Source: Acidobacteriota bacterium (lineage in GTDB: Bacteria; Acidobacteriota; Polarisedimenticolia; J045). From it: a stretch of DNA of 64,000 nucleotides. The notes beneath the pieces are model-generated. The model saw nothing but the letters and a program-made list of their open reading frames with translations. It made no database searches and had not been told where the DNA came from. Position 1 is the stretch's first letter. Each line of letters opens with the position of its first letter. The DNA lies in the NCBI GenBank assembly GCA_025456425.1, contig JALOKP010000007.1, positions 622 to 64,621 of the forward strand. The letters run 5' to 3'. Made by a program: the position numbers and the translations under genes. Of the stretch, positions 57,382 to 64,000 are shown in pieces.

Positions 57382-58830
57382 ATGGACACCCCCCGCAGCG
57401 AAGGCCGGCGGCGCCGGATCGAGGCCAGCCTGGAGTGGCTGGCGCGCTACGACGCGATCGTCGACGACCCGGCCGCGTTTCGCGCGGCGCTCGAGCCGCC
57501 CGCACCGGTCGACCTGCTGGTCCACCCGGGGCGCACGACGCCGGCCGCGCTGGGCGCGGCGCTCGCGGCGCGCGGGCTGGCCGTCGAGACCTTCGCCTGG
57601 GCTCCGCACCACCTGCGCGTCGCGGCCGGCGCGGCGCCGCTCCCCGGGGCCGGCACGCTTCCGGAAGTCGTCTTCGGCTACGCCCTCCCGCAGGGTGCGT
57701 CCAGCGCGACCGCGGCCCGGGCGCTGGCGCCGCGCGCCGGCGAACTGGTCGCGGACCTGTGCGCGGCGCCCGGCGGAAAGACCGCCCTCCTGTCCTTCCT
57801 GGCGGGCGACCGGGCGCGGATCGTCGCGGGCGACCCGTCGGCCGACCGCTGCGGCCTGCTGGTCACGAACCTGGCGCGGATGGCGCTGACCGGGCCGCTG
57901 GTCGTGCAGCAGGACGCCGCGGCGCTGCCACCCGTCGCGCTCTTCGACGCGATCCTGCTCGACGCCCCCTGCACCGGCGAGGGGACCTTCCGCCTCGCCT
58001 CGCCGCGCTACGAGCCGCGCGGGGAGGCCGGGCTGGGCCCGGCGCGCGCGCTGCAGCGCCGGCTGCTCGCGCGCGCGCTCGACCGGCTCGCGCCGGGCGG
58101 GCGCCTCGTCTACGCCACCTGCTCGTACGCGCCGGAGGAGAACGAAGAAGTCCTCGCCGACGCGCTCGCCGCGCGCGACGACGTGACGCTGGTCCCGCTG
58201 CCGGACGGCATGCCGGGGCAGCCCGGCCTCACCGCCTGGAATGGGCTGCGCTTCCCCTCCCGGATGACGCTGGCGCGGCGGCTGTTCCCGCACCACACCG
58301 GCTCGTGGGGGTTCTTCCTGGCGAAGCTGGAAAAGCGTGCGGGCGACGCCTCGGCCGACGGCGCCACCCCCGTCCAACCCCCCGCCGACGACCCCGAGGC
58401 CCGCGCCGAGCTGGCCGCCGTCCTCGCCGACCGCTTCGGCGTCGACGCCGACGCCGCGCTGGCCGACCAGGTCGTCACCGCGCGCGGCCGCGACCTGTGG
58501 CTCCTGGCGCGCTCCGCCGCGCCAGGCGACCGCGACGTCGACCTCTCCGCGCTGAAGGTCGTCGCGCCGGGGATGCGTGCGCTGCACCGCACCAACACCG
58601 GCCCGCGCGTGACCAACAGCCTGCTGCGCTGGCTCGGCCCGCGGATCACGCAGCGCGTCGTCGAGCTGGACGCGGAGACCGCTCGGCGGCTGCTGACGGA
58701 CGGCCCGCTCCCCTGCCCCGACCCGGCGCTGCGCGGCGGCGTCGCGGTGCGCGTCGACGGCGTCGTCGTCGGCGCCGGTCACATCAGGGAGGGGGTGCTC
58801 CAGTTCGAGATCCCCGCGGCCTGGCGCTGA
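57382..58830 (+). CDS. RsmB/RsmF (NOP2/Sun) family rRNA cytosine-C5 methyltransferase
   Basis: 482 aa. VADLCAAPGGKT (SAM motif I), ILLDAPCTGEGTFR (motif IV Cys) and LVYATCSYAPEENE (motif VI Cys). Confidence 0.85.
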   Translation: MDTPRSEGRRRRIEASLEWLARYDAIVDDPAAFRAALEPPAPVDLLVHPGRTTPAALGAALAARGLAVETFAWAPHHLRVAAGAAPLPGAGTLPEVVFGYALPQGASSATAARALAPRAGELVADLCAAPGGKTALLSFLAGDRARIVAGDPSADRCGLLVTNLARMALTGPLVVQQDAAALPPVALFDAILLDAPCTGEGTFRLASPRYEPRGEAGLGPARALQRRLLARALDRLAPGGRLVYATCSYAPEENEEVLADALAARDDVTLVPLPDGMPGQPGLTAWNGLRFPSRMTLARRLFPHHTGSWGFFLAKLEKRAGDASADGATPVQPPADDPEARAELAAVLADRFGVDADAALADQVVTARGRDLWLLARSAAPGDRDVDLSALKVVAPGMRALHRTNTGPRVTNSLLRWLGPRITQRVVELDAETARRLLTDGPLPCPDPALRGGVAVRVDGVVVGAGHIREGVLQFEIPAAWR

Positions 58831-59947
58831 GCTCGGACCACACCGCCTTCGCCGCGATCCCGCCGAACTGAGCCGCCGCGCGCAGCCACCCCTTCCGCGC
58901 CGCCGCGCGCTGGAGGGCCCAGCCCGCCACCGTCTGCGGGGGTGTCGTGCGCTCGGCCTCCGGCCGCGCCGCCAGCCGCAGCGCACCCCCCGCGCAGGTC
59001 ACGACGCAGACCCCGCAGCCGATGCAGCGCTCGTCCGTCACCGCCACGGCGTCGTCGCGTGCGACGATCGCGCCGGTCGGGCAGCGCTCGACGCAGGTCC
59101 CGCAGGCGAGGCACTCGCCCGCCTCCACCTCGGCCACCCAGTTGCTGCGGATCAGGAAGTTCGGCGCCTCGAACTCCGTGATCCCGCGCAGGAACCCGCA
59201 GCAGCAGGGGCAGCAGTTGCAGATGAACATCGGCCCGGTCCGCACGTTGTAGGTGCAGTGGACCAACCCCTCCTGCTCGAAGCGGTCGAGCAGCGCCAGC
59301 GCCTCTTCGCGCTCGATCCGCCGCCCGCACGCGGGGAAGTCCTGCAGCCCCGCGGGGTCGGGCGAGATCGCCAGGCACGTCTCCGGCGTGTGGCTGCAGG
59401 GCGATCCGAGCGTCGCCTGCTCCTTGCGGCAGATGCAGGGCATCACGCGGAACGAGCCGCCGTCGTCCAGGATCGAGCGGACGCTCTCGTAGGGCAGCAC
59501 CGCGGGCGGGGCGTCGATGTGCACGCCGACGGGCACGACGCGCGCCATCCCCGGGCGGTGGCCGCCCAGGGACTTCATCAGCGCCGGGAAGTACTCCTCG
59601 ACCAGTTCGGCCAGCTCGCGGTCCATGCGCGGCAACTGGAACTCGTAGATGCCGATCACGAAGGGGACCAGCGCGTAGCGCATCCCGCCCGGGCGCGGGA
59701 CCGCCAGCACCTGCCCCTTCGCCGCCATCTCCTCGAGCTGGCCGCGCAGCGCTTCGACCGGCCGGCCGGTGCGCCGCGCGATCGCCTCGACCCGCTCCGG
59801 CACCGGCAGCATCGCCGCCGCCAGCTCCGCCTCGTCGGGCGCGAAGATGTGCTCCAGGATCCGCAGCTCGACCCCGCTCTCGGTCGCCGGGAAGCCGTGC
59901 GGGAGGGCGTCGAGCGCGGCCGCCAAGCGCCGGTATGCGTCGTCCAT
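58784..59947 (-). CDS. 4Fe-4S dicluster ferredoxin-domain protein with an N-terminal winged-helix-like region
   Basis: ATG 59947. FICNCCPCCCGFL, CLACGTCVERCP and CIGCGVCVVTC. The 3' end overlaps the convergent methyltransferase gene by 47 nt. Confidence 0.75.
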   Translation of the reverse strand: MDDAYRRLAAALDALPHGFPATESGVELRILEHIFAPDEAELAAAMLPVPERVEAIARRTGRPVEALRGQLEEMAAKGQVLAVPRPGGMRYALVPFVIGIYEFQLPRMDRELAELVEEYFPALMKSLGGHRPGMARVVPVGVHIDAPPAVLPYESVRSILDDGGSFRVMPCICRKEQATLGSPCSHTPETCLAISPDPAGLQDFPACGRRIEREEALALLDRFEQEGLVHCTYNVRTGPMFICNCCPCCCGFLRGITEFEAPNFLIRSNWVAEVEAGECLACGTCVERCPTGAIVARDDAVAVTDERCIGCGVCVVTCAGGALRLAARPEAERTTPPQTVAGWALQRAAARKGWLRAAAQFGGIAAKAVWSELSARPRGSRTGAPPP

Positions 59948-60079
59948 CGCCGCCTCCGGGCCCACGGTACCACCGGGCGGGACTCCGGGGTGGTCCGCCG
60001 CAGTTCGGGTTCGCGTCCGCCGCGGTTCGAGTTCGCATCCGCGCCCGGCGCCCGCGATCCGCGCCCTACATTCGACGTG

Positions 60080-61963
60080 ATGAGACCCGCCGCTCGCATC
60101 GCAGGGCTTGTCCGGATCGCCCGGACCCTCGCCCGGTTCGGCGCCCTGCTCGTGGTCGCGCTCGCCGCCACGACCGCGCCGGCGCGCGCCGCCGTCCAGC
60201 CCCCCGTCCTCAAGTGGCAGAAGGGGGGCTGCTTCACGAGCTGGTGCGAGACCGGCTGGTACTCGTCCCCGGCCGTCGCCGACCTCGATCGCGACGGCAC
60301 GCCCGAGGTGATCGGCTCCGCCTACTCGATCGTCGTGCTCGACGGCCGCACCGGTGCGCTGGAGTTCCGGATCAGCTCGGGCCACGACCGCTCCCAGCCC
60401 GGCGCCTCGAACGTCGGCCGCACCTGGCCGGGGATCGTCGCCGGCGATCTCGACGGCGACGGCAGCCTCGAATTCGCCAGCGCGCACTCCGGCGGCTGGG
60501 TCTCGGTCTACGACGCGCAGGGCTACTTCAAGGCCGGCTGGCCGCGCCAGGCCACGACCTCCGAGCTGCGCGGCCTGGGCGTCCACGACCTCGACGGCGA
60601 CGGCAAGCTGGAGGTGATCGTCACCGCGGCGATCGGGTCGCAGACGAACACCTGGATCTACAGCGCGGGCGGCGTGCTGCGCGCCGGCTGGCCGCAGCTG
60701 GCCAGCGGCGCGCCCGGCTACGCCTGGGGCGTCTACAACGCCAACGCCGCCGCCGGTGACCTGGACGGCGACGGCACCGGCGAGCTCGTCGTCCCCTCCG
60801 ACGTGCACTACCTCTGCGCCTACGAAGCGAACGGCCAGCCGATCCCGGCCAGCACCGTCTTCGGCGCCGGCAAGGTCTGGGGCCAGGTCGGGGTCTGGGA
60901 GAGCCAGGTCCCCGAACTGCGCGGCTGGGGCGCCTGCGACGGTTTCCGCGCCGAGAGCTACCGCACCAATTTCGCGGACGGTGCGGCGGTGCTGGCCGAC
61001 GTCGACGGCGACGGGTCGCTGGAGGTCGTCGTCACCGGCAACACCTACGACTGCTCGCACGACCCGTACCTCAGCCGCTACCACGGCGTGCACCTCTTCA
61101 ACCGCGACCGCAGCCGCTACAACAAGGCCGGCCGCGACTGGCGCTCGCCGCCCATCGACACCGGCGCGCCGATCGCGGAGGACTACAACACGATCGAGTC
61201 GGCCGAGCCGAACCCCGCGGTCGCCGACCTCGATGGAGACGGGACGAAGGAGATCGTCTACAGCGCCTACGACGGGCGCGTCCACGCCTTCTGGCTCGAC
61301 AAGACCGAGCACGGGAGCTGGCCCTACGCCGTCTACCGCGCGGCGGACGGCTTTTTCCGCTTCGCCTCCGAGCCGGCGATCGCCGATCTCGACGCCGACG
61401 GCAAGGCGGAAGTGATCGTCGCCTCGTGGACGCAGAAGGGGAGCAACGCCCGCGGCCGGCTCACGATCCTGTCGTGGGACGGCAGGCTGCTGCAGCAGGT
61501 CGACCTCCCCGCGCCGTTCGGCGGCGGCGACTGGAATGGGGCGCTGGCCGCCCTGACGCTGGCCGACCTCGATGGGGACGCGGACCTCGAGGTGGTGCTC
61601 AACACCGCCCACAGCGGACTCGTGGCGTACGACCTGCCCGGCACCGCCGGGGCGCGCGTGCTCTGGGGCTCCGGGCGCGGCGGCTTCCTGCGCGGCGGGG
61701 CCTGCGCGCAGCCGCGGCCGGCGGAGGTGCGCGACTCGCTGCGCGTCGCGCGGAGCGGCGCGGCCGACATCCGGCTCACCTGGAGCGCGACGGCCGGCGC
61801 GGCCAGCTACCGCGGGTACCGCTCGACCTCGGCGCAGATGACCGGCGCGACGCGGATCGGCGAGACGACGGCCCTGTCGCTGATCGACTTCGGGGCGCAG
61901 CAGGACGGCGTGCGCGCGGTCTTCTACCAACTGCGCGGCGCCAACGGGTGCGGGGTGGAGTAG
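60080..61963 (+). CDS. Secreted FG-GAP/VCBS-repeat beta-propeller protein with the shared C-terminal module
   Basis: ATG 60080, with signal-like LARFGALLVVALAATTAPARA. There are repeated AVADLDRDGTPEV, AGDLDGDGSLE, VHDLDGDGKLEV, ADVDGDGSLEVV, ADLDGDGTKEIV and ADLDADGKAEVIV units. The tail is RLTWSATAGAASYRGYRS...AVFYQLRGANGCGVE. Confidence 0.85.
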   Translation: MRPAARIAGLVRIARTLARFGALLVVALAATTAPARAAVQPPVLKWQKGGCFTSWCETGWYSSPAVADLDRDGTPEVIGSAYSIVVLDGRTGALEFRISSGHDRSQPGASNVGRTWPGIVAGDLDGDGSLEFASAHSGGWVSVYDAQGYFKAGWPRQATTSELRGLGVHDLDGDGKLEVIVTAAIGSQTNTWIYSAGGVLRAGWPQLASGAPGYAWGVYNANAAAGDLDGDGTGELVVPSDVHYLCAYEANGQPIPASTVFGAGKVWGQVGVWESQVPELRGWGACDGFRAESYRTNFADGAAVLADVDGDGSLEVVVTGNTYDCSHDPYLSRYHGVHLFNRDRSRYNKAGRDWRSPPIDTGAPIAEDYNTIESAEPNPAVADLDGDGTKEIVYSAYDGRVHAFWLDKTEHGSWPYAVYRAADGFFRFASEPAIADLDADGKAEVIVASWTQKGSNARGRLTILSWDGRLLQQVDLPAPFGGGDWNGALAALTLADLDGDADLEVVLNTAHSGLVAYDLPGTAGARVLWGSGRGGFLRGGACAQPRPAEVRDSLRVARSGAADIRLTWSATAGAASYRGYRSTSAQMTGATRIGETTALSLIDFGAQQDGVRAVFYQLRGANGCGVE

Positions 61964-62077
61964 GGCCAGGGCGGTTTACCTCTCCGCCCCCGACCGATTC
62001 ACGCGGATCGACAGGTGTACACTCCGCGCGCCCGGATTCGCCTGCCCGTGCAGCGCGACGTCGAGGAAGGAGCCGCC

Positions 62078-62464
62078 ATGAGTGAACAGGGGCCGCCGCC
62101 GATCCCGCCGATTCCGCCGATTCCGCCCCCACCGCCTCCGGCAGCCCCCGACCCGGGCAACCGGACGATCATGTTGATCCTGGCCTACCTCGGGCCGCTC
62201 GCGCTGGTTCCGTTGCTCGCGGAGAAGGACGACCGCGAGGTGCAGTGGCATGCGAAACACGGCCTGGTGCAGTTCGCCGCGTTCCTGGTCGCCTTCGTCG
62301 GGTTGAGCGTCATCAGCTCGATCGGCATCCTCTGCGTTTTCTCGATCTTCATCCCGTTCCTCGGGCTGGCCTGGATGATCGTCACCATCGTGTCGATCGT
62401 GAAGGCCTTGAACGGGCAGCGGTTCGTAATCCCGGGGATCTCGCCGCTCGCCGACAGGTTCTGA
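62078..62464 (+). CDS. DUF4870-family small membrane protein with a Pro-rich N-terminus
   Basis: ATG 62078 follows a gaggaaggag SD. ILAYLGPLALVPLLAEKDDREVQWHAKHGLV is followed by TM helices. A 9-bp repeat ccgattccg around 62098-62127 encodes PPIPPIPPIPP. Confidence 0.8.
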   Translation: MSEQGPPPIPPIPPIPPPPPPAAPDPGNRTIMLILAYLGPLALVPLLAEKDDREVQWHAKHGLVQFAAFLVAFVGLSVISSIGILCVFSIFIPFLGLAWMIVTIVSIVKALNGQRFVIPGISPLADRF

Positions 62465-62566
62465 GCCGGGATCGTCACCGCTCGCCCCGGAACCCCCCTC
62501 GGGGGACCCCTTCGCCCGGCGCGGCGGCTCGCGGTAGCCTTCCCCTCCCCGCGGAGGCCCCTCACA

Positions 62567-64000
62567 GTGTTCCGTCCAGGTCCCGGAGCCGTCGTCGCGC
62601 TCGGCCTGCTCTTCGCCACGGGCGGTGCCGGCTGCGGCGCGGCCACCCCCGAGCCGCCGCCGAAGCCCGCGGCCGCCCCCCTCCCCGCCCGCTTCACCGA
62701 GGCCGCGACCCGGATCGTCCAGGCCGCCCGCGCCGACGAGGCTTCCTACCGCCGGCTGCAGGAGCTGTGCGACCGGATCGGCCACCGCTCGGCCGGGACC
62801 CCGTCCTACGACCGCGCCGCCGCCTGGTCGGTCGAGCAGTTGAAGGCCTCCGGGATGGCCGACCCGCGGCTGGAGGAGGTCCCGATCAACCGCTGGGAGC
62901 GCGGGCGCGAGTCGCTGGCGCTGCTCACCCCGGGCGGGCCGCGCGCGATCCCGATGCTGGGGCTCGGGAAGAGCATCGGGACCCCGGCCGAGGGGATCAC
63001 GGGCGAGGTCCTGGTCGTCCGCGACTTCGACGAGCTGGAGCGGGTCAAGGACAAGGTCAAGGGGAAGATCGTCCTGTACAACATCGCGATGCGAGAGCGG
63101 ACCGAGAGCTTCGGCGGCTACGGCGAGGCGGTTGCCTACCGCGCCAGCGGCGCGGTGCGCGCGGCCGAGCACGGCGCGATCGCGGCGCTGGTCCGCTCGG
63201 TCACGACGCGCAGCATGCGCACGCCACACACCGGGATGATGAGCTACCAGGACGGCGTCCCGCAGATCCCCGCCGCCGCGATCCCGATCGAGGATGCGAT
63301 GTCGTTCCAGCGGATGCAGGACCGCGGCGACCGAATCACGGTGCGGCTCTTCATGGAGGCGAAGAACCTCCCCGAGGGGCCCAGCCCCAACGTGATCGCC
63401 GAGCTGCCCGGGCGCGAGAAACCGGAGGAGATCGTGCTGATCGGCGCGCACCTCGACTCGTGGGACGTCGGCTGCGGCGCGCACGACGACGGGGCGGGGG
63501 TGACGATGGTGATCGACGCCGCACGGCTGCTCAAGGAGCTGGGGCTGACGCCGCGGCGCACCGTGCGCGTCGTGCTCTTCACCAACGAGGAGCGCGGCGT
63601 CGACGGCGGCCGCGGCTACGCCGAGCGGCACCGGGCCGAGGCAGCGAAGCACTTCGCCGCGTTCGAGACCGACAGCGGCGGGTTCCGACCGAAGCGGATC
63701 GGGATCGGCGGGACCGACGAGGCGGTCGCGATGGTCCAGCGCTACGCCCCGCTGTTCGAGCCGCTGGGGCCGGTCGAGCTGGGCAAGGGGGGCGGCGGCG
63801 CCGACATCTCGTTCCTGGGAAGGGACGGCGTTCCGCTGCTGGGGCTGGGGACCGAGAGCGAGCACTACTTCGACTTCCATCACAGCGACGCCGACATGGT
63901 CGAGGCGGTCGACCCGACCGACTACCGCGAGTCGCTCGCCGCCGTCACGCTGATGACCTTCGTGCTGGGCGAGATGGACGAGACGCTGCCGCGGACGCCG
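62567..64000 (+). CDS. M28-family zinc aminopeptidase/carboxypeptidase-Q-like lipoprotein (runs off the window end)
   Basis: GTG 62567 follows a gcggagg SD. The lipobox is LLFATGGAGC. Motifs VLIGAHLDSWDVGCGAHDDGAG, VVLFTNEERG and FHHSDADM provide the metal ligands. Not in the ORF track because it is edge-truncated. Confidence 0.8.
   Translation, partial: MFRPGPGAVVALGLLFATGGAGCGAATPEPPPKPAAAPLPARFTEAATRIVQAARADEASYRRLQELCDRIGHRSAGTPSYDRAAAWSVEQLKASGMADPRLEEVPINRWERGRESLALLTPGGPRAIPMLGLGKSIGTPAEGITGEVLVVRDFDELERVKDKVKGKIVLYNIAMRERTESFGGYGEAVAYRASGAVRAAEHGAIAALVRSVTTRSMRTPHTGMMSYQDGVPQIPAAAIPIEDAMSFQRMQDRGDRITVRLFMEAKNLPEGPSPNVIAELPGREKPEEIVLIGAHLDSWDVGCGAHDDGAGVTMVIDAARLLKELGLTPRRTVRVVLFTNEERGVDGGRGYAERHRAEAAKHFAAFETDSGGFRPKRIGIGGTDEAVAMVQRYAPLFEPLGPVELGKGGGGADISFLGRDGVPLLGLGTESEHYFDFHHSDADMVEAVDPTDYRESLAAVTLMTFVLGEMDETLPRTP

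Noticed and set aside
58784-58830. 47-nt convergent overlap between the rRNA methyltransferase and the 4Fe-4S protein genes, considered as a sign of mis-called ends or an antisense regulatory arrangement.
   Set aside because: Both frames are motif-supported up to near their ends. The overlapping tails are low-complexity and stop codons are rare at this GC content, so this is probably incidental.

Overview
Very GC-rich bacterial DNA (by eye about 70% GC, not computed; no rRNA, tRNA or CRISPR array found). High GC produces many long antisense shadow ORFs, which I rejected. I see three themes. (1) Giant secreted multidomain proteins: an S1 protease with P-domains, Kelch and FG-GAP propellers with thrombospondin type-3 repeats, and a clan GH-A-like hydrolase. 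Five of these share an unnamed C-terminal module. (2) Very dense toxin-antitoxin content, with at least 12 TA-like modules (VapBC, several HicAB, Gp49/HigB-XRE, AbiEi/Eii, DUF4160/DUF2442, HigB2/HigA2). In four of them the toxin is truncated while the antitoxin is intact. (3) A patchy lower-GC accessory/defence island from about 30.8 to 55 kb. In order it holds a PD-(D/E)xK-like gene, an ankyrin protein, an HNH (type IV-like) nuclease with a TPR gene, and a tyrosine-integrase remnant. Next come an XRE-ImmA-DUF2188-unknown operon and a type III R-M whose Res carries a C-terminal HEPN-like extension. After that come a coupled MoxR-like AAA+ / 182-aa unknown / HExxH-VWA triad, an anti-phage-type dCTP deaminase with a coupled 77-aa ORF, then more TA modules. 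The best candidates for an undescribed system are the AAA+/unknown/HExxH-VWA triad (43.8-47.3 kb) and the DUF2188 + 312-aa unknown pair under XRE/ImmA control (35.4-37.7 kb). All functional calls rest on motifs read from the translations; no database search was possible.
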